From Azolla caroliniana (Eukaryota; Plantae; Polypodiophyta), in contig JBHGNT010000010.1 of NCBI GenBank assembly GCA_043228905.1, forward strand, positions 14,322,001 to 14,386,000: a stretch of DNA of 64,000 nucleotides. The letters are read 5' to 3'. A program made the position numbers and the translations under genes. Below the pieces are notes generated by a model. It saw only the letters and a program-made list of their open reading frames with translations, searched no databases and was not told where the DNA came from. Shown here piece by piece: positions 12,027-24,300 of the stretch; the first letter of the stretch is position 1, and every line of letters starts with the position of its first letter.

Positions 12027-13975
12027 GTCAGAACATTGACTGATGTGAGGCATGTTCCTGATCTGAAGAAGAATCTCATCTCATTGTGCACCCTTGACGC
12101 CAACGGGTGCAAGTTCTCAGCTGAAGGTGGAGCATTAAAAGTTAGCAAAGGTGCGTTGGTTGTGATGAAGGCTAGAAAAGTAGGATGCCTGTACGTATTA
12201 CATGGTTCGACAGTGACGGCTTCTGTAGCAGTTTCTTCATCGTCTATGTCAGATTCTAATGTTACGAAGTTATGGCACATGAGGCTCGGAATATAAGCGA
12301 AAAAGGTTTAACCTTATTGAGCAAACGAGGACTACTTTGTGGCCAAAGTACGGGAAAGATGGATTTTTGTGAGCACTGTGTATTTGGAAAGCAGAAGAGA
12401 ATCAACTTTGGCACTGGAATCCATAAGACTAGAGGTTCTTTGGATTATATTCACTCTAATTTGTGGGGACCAACACCAGTTCCATCAAAAGGAGGAGCTC
12501 GATATCTTTTGACTTTTATTGATGATTTTTCAAGAAAAGTCTGGGTCTATTTTCTTAAACACAAAAGTTATGTGTTTGATACTTTTAAGAAGTGGAAAAT
12601 TTTGATCGAGAAGCAAACGGGAAAGCAGATTAGAAGACTTCAAACTGATAATGGTTTGGAATTCTGCGGAGGAGATTTTAACAGGTTTTGCGAGGCTGAA
12701 GGAATTTCCAGACATCGCACAGTAGTTAAAACACCACAGCAGAATGGCGTAGCTGAGCGCATGAACATAACTCTTTTGGAAAGGGCTCGTTGTATGCTTT
12801 CCAATGTTGGGTTGTCCAAACACTTTTGGGCCGAAGCAGTTTCCACGACATGTTTCCTAGTGAATTGTTCACCGTCAACGACAATTGAGTTTAAAACTCC
12901 TGAAGAGGTATGGTCCGGTAAACCTGCTAATTATTCAAATTTGAGAATATTTGGATGTCCTGCTTATATGCATGTTAGTGAAGGAAAATTGGAGCCTTGA
13001 GCTAGAAAATGTATTTTTCTTGGTTATGCTTCTGGGGTGAAAGGATATAGATTGTGGTGTCCTGATCCTAAGTCACCTAAATTCGTAATTAGTAGAGATG
13101 TTACTTTTGATGAATCTGCTCTACTAAATCCTCGAAAGGAGCCTGTGTTTTCTTCTGATACATATAAGATAGGAAGTACATCAAAGCAGGTGGAGCTTGA
13201 AGTTCCAAGTCCACCAGTGATGGCTGAAACACCTGCTCCTGAATTTGTAGAAGAGGAGCCTGATGTCGTAGAAGAAGCACCTCTTAAGGAAGAACGAAGT
13301 ATTGCAAGAGATAGACGAAGAAGAGAAATTAGACCACCACAGAGATATGTTGATATTATGCTTTATCAGTTGGAGAAGAAAAAAATTCTATTGGCGAGCC
13401 AGCTTCTTACTCTGAAGCCGTTTCTTTTGTTGATTCCACCAAGTGGTTGTTTTCTATGCAAGAAGAAATTGAGTCTCTTTATAAAAACAAAACTTGGCTA
13501 CTTGTGAAGCCGCTAGCTAGAAAAAGGATTGTTGGTTGTAAATGGATCTTCAAAATAAAGGTAGGAATTCCTGGAGTGGAGAAAGCAAGGTACAAGGCAC
13601 GGTTAGTAGCTAAAGGCTACATTCAGGTACCAGGTGTTGATTTTAATGATATTTTCTCACCTGTTGTGAAACATAGTTCTATTCGTGTATTGCTTGCATT
13701 AGTTGCTATGCATGATTTGGAGTTAGAACAACTTGATGTAAAAACCACATTTTTGCATGGTGAACTTCAAGAAGACATTTACATGCAACAACCAGAAGGG
13801 TTTGTTGTTGAAGGAAAAGAAGATCATGTTTGCCTATTGAAGAAATCGTTATACGGTTTAAAACAGTGTTCGAGACAGTGGTACAAGCGATTTGATTCCT
13901 TTATGGTTGGCAGCGGATACTCAAGGAGCAGTTATGACAATTGTGTCTATTTTAGGAAGACTCATGATGGTTCAT

Positions 13976-14865
13976 TGTTGGAAACAAAACAAAACAAAAC
14001 AAAATAGAAAAAGAAAAAGAACAGAAAAGAAAAGAAAAGCAGACATGGGAAGGGGGGATTTCTAGGGTTTCTCTTTTTCTTCCTTCTGTTCTTTTCAACT
14101 TTTCGCCCACGATCCCTCTCTCTCTCTCTCTCTCTCTCTCTGTTTCATAAATTTAGGGTTTGCAAATTGCAAACATGGATTTCTAGGGTTTCTCTTTTTC
14201 TTCCTTCTGTTGTTTTCAACTTTTCGCCCACGATCCCTCTCTCTCTCTCTCTGTTTCTTTACTCTGTTTCATAATTTTAGGGTTTGCAAATTGCAGACAT
14301 GGATTTCTAGGGTTTCTCTTTTTCTTCTTCTGTTGTTTCGGCCCACACGATCCCTCTCCCTATCTCTCTGTTTCTTTACTCTGTTTCTCTCTATTCCATA
14401 AATTTAGGTTTTTATTTATATGAATTAAATAAGACAATTCATATCTTATTCTAATTACTTTGATTTAGTGGTAGCCTAGAATAGCTTAAAGCTTTTTTAG
14501 GCCTCTATTTTGAGGTCTCGAGTTCGAGTTTCAATTCTCACCCCTATCTTATATGCTTATACAAATATTGACTTTTTTGCTTCATACATACCATCTTTTC
14601 TTAATTTACAACCCTGTCAAACCTCTCTCTCTCTCTTTTATTGTAATTAGCTCACCCTAGTGGTAAGTCGATAACACTACAAGCACTGCGTCTTGGGTTC
14701 AAAACCCAATTTCCTCACCTCTCTGTTATATACTTCATATATATCTCTTAATTCACTAGATGCCTCTGTGGAATGTAGGGGTTGAACCCATGACCACCTG
14801 GTCTCCATTGGGCAACCTTACCAACTTAGCTACATCCATCTGGGCCAACGACACCCCTCTCTCTC
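13976..14865. mobile_element. About 890-bp non-coding insertion in copia RT, with about 110-bp tandem repeats and three tRNA-like A/B-box modules
   Basis: Splits the RT peptide DGS|FIYLLLYVDD. Flanks ttcat/tccat. Three repeats of ggatttctagggtttctctttttcttc. tRNA-like motifs at about 14472-14532 (+), 14648-14707 (+) and 14770-14837 (-). Confidence 0.6.
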
Positions 14866-15466
14866 TCCATTTATCTATTTGCTTCTTTATGTTGATGACA
14901 TGTTGATTGCAGCTAAAAATATGTCGGATAAGCGGCCGAGAAGACGGCCGAGACGCGCAGTCGAGATGTGCGGCCGAGAGTACGACTCAGATGCGCGACC
15001 GAGAGCAGGGCTGAGTGACGGCCGCGAAGACAGCCAGAGAGAACATGGAGAAGAAAGTGTATGAAGAAGAAAAAGAAATAAGAAAGGAAGACGGACAGAG
15101 AGGAGAAATTCACAAGCTCAAGGGTATCCATTAAAATTTCAAAAAATTTGAGGGTAAAAATGAATTTTTTTAAAACCAAGGGGTACAAATCATGAAATTT
15201 CGAAAACACAACTCACATGATGAAAGAAAGAATACACAAACGCACAACACGATCTCACGACCCATGCCACAATGAACTAGCCGATTGGTGTATGATCCAA
15301 TCGCGACTTGTGCTGAACGAACGAGAATGTTCGGGTCTAGCAAAGCTCTGATCGAAGTTATCGATCGTACAACAGTGATCCGCTCGAGGGATTTTCCGAT
15401 CGTTCAGACGACCGATGGAGTTCCGGTTGAGAAGAGGTGCCATGGCTAGTGGGATCATCGTGCCAT

Positions 15467-15986
15467 TAACAATCGGCAATGATTCAGTTTGAACCGAACC
15501 GAATCGTGAAACCGCGGTTTAACGACTTAACGGTTTCAACGGTTCGATTCGGTTTGGGTTTTTTAAAACAGTTCAGTTTGGTTTCGGTTTGGTTTCAACA
15601 GTCAAAAACCACGGTTTAAACGGTTAAACGGTTTTTTTTTAATTTTTTAATTTTTTTTAAAAAAATTGTAAAAATTGTAAAATTTGTTTTTAAAGAATCT
15701 TTTCATTTTTAGACCTTATTATCACATTTTAGGAACATCTTAAAAATTTTTAAAAATGAAATATTATAAATTTAAAAAATTTAAAAATTAGAAATTAAAA
15801 ATTTGACCTATGTTGAAAACCGAAACCGAACCACAAAACCACGGTTTTTACGGTTTAATGGTTTAACGGTTTGAAAAATGTTTACCGGTTCGGTTTAACA
15901 GTTTCACAGTTTGGTTCAGGTTTCAAAAATTTTAAACGGTTCGGTTTAGACCCTCTCAAACCAAACCGAACCGTTGTCAATTGTTA
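15467..15986. mobile_element. hAT-type MITE
   Basis: Degenerate TIRs of about 25 bp (taacaatcggcaatgattcagtttg vs reverse complement taacaattgacaacggttcggtttg), subterminal aaccg/cggtt repeats, AT-rich core. 8-bp flanks cgtgccat/cgtggaat match 6 of 8. Confidence 0.72.
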
Positions 15987-16488
15987 CGTGGAATGCACTG
16001 TTCCACATGCATGCCATGTTTTACCCGTAAGAATATATGGGGAGGCATAAGTGGTGGAACACAATAATGTGGTTGATGTGTATGTGTAATATGAATGAGT
16101 GTATGAGGATGCGTGTACAAAGGTGAGAAAGTCAGTAAGTAATGTAACTTCCTACTTGTCTCATTCTTTATTTGTAACCGTAAGAATATACGGGGAGGCA
16201 TAAGTGGTGGAACACAATAATGTGGTTAATGTGTGTGTAATATGAGTTTATGAGGATGTGTGTACAAAGGTGAGAAAGTCAGTAAGTAATGTAACTCCCT
16301 ACTTGTCTCATTCTTTATTTGTAACGGTTACCTCTTGTACTATATAAACCCCACCCATGGGGCATAATGTAACATAGTTTTTTCCACTCTCATTTTTGTG
16401 TCATTTCTTATTTGTCTTTCTCTTTTTCTCTCCCTCACACGTAATCCCCCTTGGGAGGGGGTTGAAGTCATCCCCCCACCCATCAATA

Positions 16489-16557
16489 GGAAGCATATGC
16501 GGAAGACACAAAGTACACGGTCAGTTATCCAGAAGTCTAATAGTTAGGTATACACAA

Positions 16558-16596
<39 letters not shown>

Positions 16597-16851
16597 CAAA
16601 CAACGGTAAACTTCTGTTATAAAAAAGCTTAATGTTCAGTACAAACAATAGTGCTCAAATGCACTTTATATATACAAGCCCATCCAATAGGGATATCATG
16701 AAGTACTGACATGTACTTCAGTGCTCTTAAAAGAACCTCTGACATTAATTGTCTATATTAGGCCTATTTACCCAAATAGGTCTAATTGGCATGTGTGACA
16801 TTCCGGATCAAGGCTTCCAAAACCACTCCGTCATCCGGATACGGCATCCGG
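16489..16851 (-). mobile_element. Continuation of the copia 5' LTR begun at 3613
   Basis: Same family motifs (gcggaag, GA tract, cactttatatatacaag, gtactgacatgtacttca) as LTRs at 17670, 21367 and 62808. Confidence 0.6.
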
Positions 16852-16991
16852 TGTCGCGGTATTCCTCGTGCATGTGTCAGATCGAGCGGAACCACCGGGG
16901 TCACGGACCAGGAAGAGATGGATGCCAGGAGACCGACTCTCTTCGGAACCGGCTGTGACACAAACCGGGGCGGTTCCGGAGGCTACTGAAC

Positions 16992-17027
<36 letters not shown>

Positions 17028-17613
17028 ATACGCGCAACACCGACTCAACACACGCTACTTATGTACAAAAATAGAAAGAAAGAAATGCACCCGACACCAA
17101 TAGAGACATAGATATTCACAACCTTTCATATGTGTATTTACAAGACAGTGAGATACAACACCGACTTCGAGCCGGACTTAGGTAGATCAGGTTACATCAG
17201 TTGTCTGTAGCCAAGCCGTTGTTCGGGGGAGCTCAGGGGACAGAGCAGAAACGAAACCGCTAGTACATGCGAGCTCTCTACCAGACTAATCCCTTAACAG
17301 ACAAAGACTCAACCCACACGAAGACGAAGAAGAAGACCTAAACGAAACCCTAAAAGGAAGAAAGTAAGAAGAAGAGACAACTACCAAACCCTAGATCTAA
17401 GTGGGATACCCTCCGAACTCAAAATGGGCAACCCCTCATAAGAGCACTTTCCTCTCTTTTTATTGTCCAAGGAGGGAAGGACGTTACAATGTGGGATAAA
17501 TATCCCCTTGTTATTTTATACACATTTTCGAATGTACATGTGCACATGGTGCACATTGCCGACTTTGCCCATTCCACCTGGTTTTCTCACTGTGGCCGGG
17601 AATCTTCACGACA
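16852..17613 (-). mobile_element. Solo or recombinant LTR of the TGTCG...CGACA gypsy lineage
   Basis: Starts tgtcgcggtattcctcg (compare tgtcgaggtattcctcg at 32924) and ends tcttcacgaca. Homologous to 19731-20631. Flanks ccgg/acgt do not match. Confidence 0.8.
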
Positions 17614-17669
17614 ACGTGGAGAAGAGTGTGAGGGCTAATTGAGAATGTAAAGAGGGCAAGGTTACCTTT

Positions 17670-20600
17670 TGTAAAAGTGAAAGTGCAGAGGCGTAGACAA
17701 AAGCAGATAACAAGAGAATACAATGATGAAGGTTTAATGGAAGCTTAACACAATACGCGGGAGAGACAGAGCAGAACAAAGACTCAATTTCAAAATTACT
17801 CAAAAGACTCTATATCTACAACTGTGCTTTTCAGCACTATTTATAAAAGTCCTTAAAGGACTGACTAAAGTACTGACAAGTACTTCGTGCTCGTATAGAG
17901 CACCAGACACTGACTCCCAAAATATGCCTATGTACTAGGCTAGAGTCGTAGGCCTCTATGGAATGACTAAAGTACTGACAAGTACTTAATGCTCGTATAG
18001 AGCATCAAAGACTGACTCCCATAATATGCCTACGTACTAGGCTAGAGTGGTAGGCCTGTAACGATCCACCAGTTACAATCTGATCCGACTCTCCAATCCG
18101 ACTCTTGGTTCCGGATACGATCCGAACATCGATCCAGTTCTTCGTTTCGGATACCGATTGGGCTCTAGCTTATTCTGCCAATCCGGATCCAGTTGAGCTT
18201 GTCCGCTCAACTTAAGGTAGGATCGTCGTGTATGTCTTCACCGAATACTTCTATCAGCATCATCTAGCGTCCCTGCACCTTGCTCGCAGTCCTCGACCCG
18301 TTCAGTCCCGCACACCTCGATCGGCTCGTCTACTCCGTTGGCCCAAGTCAAGTTCGTGGTTGTTGTGGTGTTGACGCCCCTCGACCCGTCGGTTCCTCCG
18401 TGTCGGTGTCAGCTTTGGCTGCCTCCTTGTCCGCTTGGCCTTCAACTGATTTGGCTCTTCCGAATCAAATTCCTCGACTGAATCGGGTATCTCCGATTCA
18501 TTCGGCTCTTGTCTAAATCAACTGTCTTTGATTCATCCTCCTTCAGGCCTTTGACCACATATGCCCATCCTCTTGCCCGATCCTTACTACCATTGACATA
18601 TCGCATTATCCGATGCGTGCACTACAGATGTTCGACAGTCGGATGCGACATAAATTGACTTATCTTGCCGCTTCTACCAACGTCCGGTTCCGACATTTGG
18701 CCACATCGTTCTGCTCCGGCGTGTATCTATAGGAGAACACTTGACGAATTCCCTTAGTCTGCAAAGAACATGTGAGCTGGCCGAAAAAGTACTCTTTTCC
18801 ACCATCTGATCTCAGACACTTGAGCATTCTTCCAGTTTCTCGTTCAACGTGACTTTTTAGGTTCCATAAGCACGAGACGACTTTGCCTTTCTCTCGATTA
18901 GATAGATCCAAGTGTGCCGGTTGAAATTGTCGATGAAAGAGACGAAATATCGACTCTTGTCGATGCTCACGTTTTGTGCCGGTCCCCACACATTCGAATG
19001 GATAAGATCCAGCCGGTTCCGGTTCTAACTAGGCTCAGAGGGACATCCCCAATATCCTCGATGGGATGTGGGGTGTCGTCTCCGGTTTCGACCGCCCCCG
19101 GCTTCTCGAGAAAGGAGAACCACTCTTTGTGGTTTGTCATGTGGTTTGAAGCTCCAGAGTCCATGTACCAAACTTCTTCCGACTTCGAGTCAGATGTAGC
19201 CATGTGAATAGCATCATGCTTCATTATGAGGACCGATCCCGACCCGGCTCTCTCCAAGCCTCCGACGAAGTGCGATCCGTGGCGCCTATCTGCGTCCCTC
19301 TGGCTCGATCCGGCTATGTCCGAATCGGCCCTTTTCTTCCAGCACTCACTTTCTCTATGGCCCTTCCAGCCACAGTACCAGTAGTCTGTCGTGGCCTTTC
19401 CTAGCCGGCTTCCGATGCCGCATTGACCCCCCCTGCTTTCGGAGGGTCCAGTACTGCTATCGGCACCATCTTTGTGCCTCCGATTCTACTCTTTTCGGCC
19501 GCCTGCATAGTGCGTTGATCCGGCTCGATCGCCACGTCCACGGGGCCTCTCCGCCTTCGTGTACAACATCTTGACTCCTGACTGAGTTGCAGTTTCCGGG
19601 ACGTGGTGCTTGCGGCAAAGTCCTTCTTTAGGTTTCCCCAAGCTTCCTTTGGTGTCTTGGCATCCTAGATATGGCTAAGCAGTTGATTGTTGACACTAGA
19701 CGCAAAGCAGTAAATCATCCTGCTTGTCGATGTCGCGAAAATCCGCGTGCACGTGTTAGATCGGGTGGGACAACCGGGATCACGGACCAGGAAGAGATGG
19801 ATACTGGGAGACCAACTCTCTCCGGAACCGACCGCATCGGTCGTGGCACTAACTGGAGCGATTCCGGATGCGTACCGGAGGCTACTGAATAGAAGAGCAG
19901 GAGAGAGAGAGCACACGCGCAACACTGACTCAACACACGCTTCCTATGTATAGAATCCGGAAAGAAAGAAACGCATCCGACACCAACAGAGACACAAATA
20001 TGCACAACTTCTTATGAATGTATATACAAGACCACGAAATTACAACGCCAGTTTCGAGCCGGTCTAGTACCAAACAAATACAGCAATGGCTTGCCTACAC
20101 GAGTGGAAGCCTAGCACTGAAGACGGGCCTTCTTACCAAAGCGCAATAGTTGTCTACCGCCAAGCCGCCAATCGGGGAGCACTCGGGCTCGCCTACGCAT
20201 GTGGGGACTTGCACAGGAGACAGAGCTACAAATGGAAACCCTCAGAGCATACGAGCTCTAAATCGAACAAAACCCTAACCAAGAAGAGAGATAAGAACTG
20301 GGAGAAACCCTAAAATTCCACCCCAAGAAGAACACCCAAAAGAAAGAAGAAGAAGAAAGCTACCAAACTCTAAAGGAAAGTAAAAGAAAGATACAAGACT
20401 ACCATACCTTAGATCTAAGTGGTATACCCTCCTAACTTAAAATGGGCAACCCCTTTACAAGGGACCCTCCCTTCCTTTTATAGCCCAAGGAAGGAGGGGC
20501 ATTACAATGTGAGATAAATACTCCCCCTTTTATTCTACACACATCTCCTAATGTACATGTGCACATGTTGCACCTTGCTGATCTCGTTGACTTGTCCGGT

Positions 20601-21012
20601 TTTCTCACTGTGGTCGGGAATCTTCACGACACCGCGTGTTCCCAAGCCGGAAAGTCCCTGTGTTCCGCATTAGGTGATGTGTCGTTAGCTCTGTCGACAT
20701 AACTCCAATAGCCATGCCCAAGCATGTACTAGTGCATCTTGTATGACCAAGATGCATAGTTGGTTCTGTCAAGCTTCTCCGTCAAGAGCGAGCTCGCCAT
20801 TCCTCTGTCCATTCTTGCCTTCTTGATCTTTACCTGGTGTTAGGGTTCGTCTATGGAAATCGCTTGTCGGCATCAAAGGTTCTCAACCCTAACGCTCTGA
20901 TACCATGTAAAAGTGAAAGTGCGGAAGCATACACAAAACTGGCTGAACTAGATAACAATAGAACACAGAGATGAAGGTTTAATGGAAGCTTAACACAGTA
21001 CGCGGGAGAGAA
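17670..21012 (-). mobile_element. Internally deleted Ty1/copia (RT, RNase H and PPT lost)
   Basis: 3' LTR 17670 to about 18211. Integrase fragment (LRSDGGKEY) 18660-18989. Protease WYMDSGASNHMT. Gag split by solo LTR 19731-20631. PBS gctctgatacca 20894-20905. Truncated 5' LTR from 20906. Confidence 0.82.
19731..20631 (-). mobile_element. Solo LTR of the TGTCG...CGACA gypsy lineage inserted in copia gag
   Basis: tgtcgcg...cttcacgaca ends. Removing it plus 4 bp restores host gag FPAWEHAASRMIYCFAS. Flanks tcga/ccgc. Confidence 0.85.
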
Positions 21013-21366
21013 AGTTAGAGCATAACAGTTTTTACTATCGTTTTTGAGAACACGTTGATAAGAGTGTGAGGATTAATTGAGAATGTAAAGAAGGCAAGGT
21101 TACTTTTAATATTAGGGCATGGCATAATCGTGCATCACATTTGTTAAGTGTATAAAAAGGGGATCCTTACCCTAGTTGACCTCAAGGAGATAACACCAAT
21201 TGAGACAAACTAATTGTACTTGCCCTATTCTTTTAGTCTAGTCAATCTTGCCTTATTATCTTGTTCTTGATATTATTCCTCAATCCCTCTTGCGTATAAT
21301 CGTCTCCTCTAGTTTTGATCTTTTGAGCTTCTATCTACTGGTTATTCCCCACTTGATATTCACAAC

Positions 21367-24300
21367 TGAGAAAACGAAGGTGCGGAAGCATTAGACAACC
21401 AACTTAGCCAGATAGCAACATACAGAGAGAGAGATTAACACATAGAAGGTACGCAGGAGAGACAGAGAAAGAGCAGAACAACTTAAACCTATATCAACAA
21501 CTCCATAAAATTCTCTGTACATACAATGTGCTCAACATCACTATTTATACACGTCCTAAGAGGACTGACACAAGTACGGTGTACTTCAATGCTCACACGA
21601 ACGTCTGACACTAACTACGAGACATTAACTACCTAGTTGTCTAGGTTGCTACTAGGCTTCTGGTTACTTCTGGATCCAGCTAACCGGCTCCCCAACTCAC
21701 TGTCTCACCGATCCACTCATCCTTCCGGATGCCGATCCCGCTCAAGCTTATTCAGCCGATTTGGATCCGGTTGAGCTTGCCGTTCAACACTCCCCCTCAA
21801 ACTCAACTTGAGGTTGGATCGTAGTGTCAGTCTCTATGGTAGCCGGTCCTTCCACCCGGCTCCTTCTAGCGTCACTCCACCTCGCTCGCGCTCCTCGTCC
21901 GGTCCAGTCACGTTTGCCGCGACCCTTCTTATTCTGTGCACCTCGACCTCCTCGGTCGGCTTGTCTGCTCAACATGCCCAATTCATCTCCCTCGTTGTTG
22001 TGACCTCGGCGCTTGTCGATTCGCCGATTCCTTCGTGTTAGCGTCGACTTTCGCTGCCGCCTCGTCCTCTTGGCCTTGAATTGATTCGGTTCTTCCGAAT
22101 CTGTCTATTGAACCGAATCGGCAATTTCCGATTTGTTCCGGCTCTTGTCCGAATCGGTCGCTCCCGATTCGTCTTCCGGTTCCAGGCCCTTCACCACATC
22201 GGACCATGTCCAAGTCTTGCCCTTCTTCTTCCAGTCGGCTCTGACCTTCTTGACTATGCCTTTGTCAGTTCTTCCCTCACCGGCACAATTGGCAGTTTCT
22301 TTGCCTTTGCTCGTTCTGGTGTCTTTGCCCGTTCTCCCCCTCAAGTGTGGCACGTCGAGATCTTGAACACCAAGCATTTAGGTGAAGTGTTGCAACTTGT
22401 CCGACCCGAGCAGTTTGGTGAAGATGTCGGCAACTTGCCGATCCGTATGAACATACCGAAGTTTGACTTCACCACTCAGGACACGTTCACGCACGAAGTG
22501 GTGGTGCACTTCTATGTGCTTTGTACGAGCATGGAATACGGGGTTCTTGGCGAGCTGCATGCTTCTTATGTTGTCGCCATAGATCAAGATCGGGGTCGGC
22601 ACCTCGATCCGCAGGTCTTGCAGTAGTCGCCGAAGCCAAATGGCTTCACATGTGGCAACGGTAGCGCCCCAGTATTCAGCCTCAGTGCTCGAAAGGGCCA
22701 CTATTGGCTGCTTTTTGTTGCTCCACGCAACAGCCGCACTACCAAGGCAAAACATATAGCCGGAGGTGGATCGGCGATCTGATGCATCGTCGACCCAATC
22801 AACATTGGTGTAGCCGACTAGCTCTGCGGTTATACCATGCCGGTATAACAGTCCCCAGTCCTTCGTGCCGCTCACATATCGCAAATTCGATGCGCAAACA
22901 GAAGGTGCTCCACGGTCGGGTTCTACATATATTGGCTGATCACGCCGACCGGATAACTGATGTCAGGTCTCGTGATTGTCAAATATATAAGGCTTCCGAC
23001 AATTTGTCGGAACCGCTTCTCATCACAAGCCGGTTCGGAGTCGGGACAGAGCTTCTGGTTCCGGTCTAGGGGCGTGGGGATCGGTCGGCATTCCGTCATG
23101 TTGAACTTGTACAGCATATTCAACACATAGTGTCTTTGTGAGAGCAATATGCCGTCGGGGGTTCGGATCACCTTGATCCCAAGGAAATAGTGAAGGTCCC
23201 CCAGGTCCTTCATCTCAAATGCGTCTGACAGCTGGGACTTGACTCGGCTGATTTCATCGAGTCCGGGTCCGGTGATGACTAGATCATCAACATATAGCAA
23301 GATGCAAACCGGACCGTCTGGACCTTGCCGGATGAATAACGACGAGTCAGATTTAGAGGTCACAAACCCCATCTTACGCAACCAGTGCGTGATCTTCGCA
23401 TTCCAAGCTTGGGGGGCTTGTTTCAGACTGAAAAGCGACTTCTTGAACCGGCACACCGCCAACTTGTTCATCTCGGACTGAAAGAAATGCATTCTTCACG
23501 TCCATCTGGTGAAGATGTAACCCCCTTGCCGCAACAAACGCTAGCACCACACGAACTGTCGTCATCTTCGCTACCAGAGCGAAGGTCTCGTCGTAGTCGA
23601 TTTCGTGGGTCTGTGTGTATGCCTTCGCCACTAATTGGGCCTTGTACCGGTTAACCGAACTGTCGGTATTGTACTTTACCTTGAACACCCACTTACATCC
23701 GATCGGTTACAGTGTCGGGGAGGGTCAACTAGGTCCCATGTGTCGTAGGCATCAAGTGCCCGCATTTCTTCCTCCATAGCGGCACGCCAATTTGCGTCCT
23801 TTGCCGCTTCTGCGTAGCTCTCCGGCTCACACACTTCTGCCACCTTGGTCATGTACGCATAGTGATGCGCCATGTACTGATTGTACCTGTACTGCTTCAC
23901 GGGGTTCTTCTGGCGGGAAGACCGACGTAACTTATCGTTACCTGGTTTGAGGCCCTTCTTGGTTGATTTAGTCTTCGTTGCCGAAGATCCGCCTTCTTCT
24001 TTTTCGGAGTCGGATCTGCTCCGATCCGACTCACCATTGCCCGTCTCGTGCTCCGACATCTTCCTCTTCCCCTTTTCCTTGCACGTCAACCGTCTCCTCG
24101 GTTCCTTGCGCGTGGGGAACACGACAGAGTCTCCACTACTCACTGGTTCATTTTCTGACTGGTCTGTCTGACCCACTCGCTCGTTCGTCCTGCTCAACCG
24201 AAACGATTCCGGGTTCACATCTAGAGTCTCGAACCCTTCGTCTTCTAACTGGACCAGTTCAGGCTCACTAGCCTCATCCTCCGGTATCGGGTCAGGGTCG

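Larger units (their letters stand above)
5121..14927 (+). mobile_element. Degenerate Tnt1/Tork-like Ty1/copia, 3'-truncated, interrupted by two insertions
   Basis: 5' LTR 5121-5592, PBS tggtatcagagc 5596-5607, gag from ATG 5654 (KFDVEKF), CCHC knuckle [14 protein letters not shown], protease [11 protein letters not shown], integrase 12272-13000, RT 13447-13975, resuming FIYLLLYVDD at about 14870. Multiple stops and frameshifts. Confidence 0.9.
3635..16488 (+). mobile_element. Non-autonomous LTR element (LTRs 3635-3971 and 16017-16488) hosting nested copia elements and a MITE
   Basis: Homologous direct repeats starting tgtt(tt)acccgtaa and ending cccatcaa(c/t)a. Partial tRNA-Arg-type PBS tggcacgcc at 3976-3984. 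Flanks gaaag/ggaag form a 4-of-5 TSD and rejoin the interrupted copia LTR motif gtgcggaag. The right LTR has an internal duplication of about 150 bp. Confidence 0.65.

Noticed and set aside
14928-15215. Mutator-TIR-like sequence
   Set aside because: No partner inverted repeat or 9-bp TSD found in the window.
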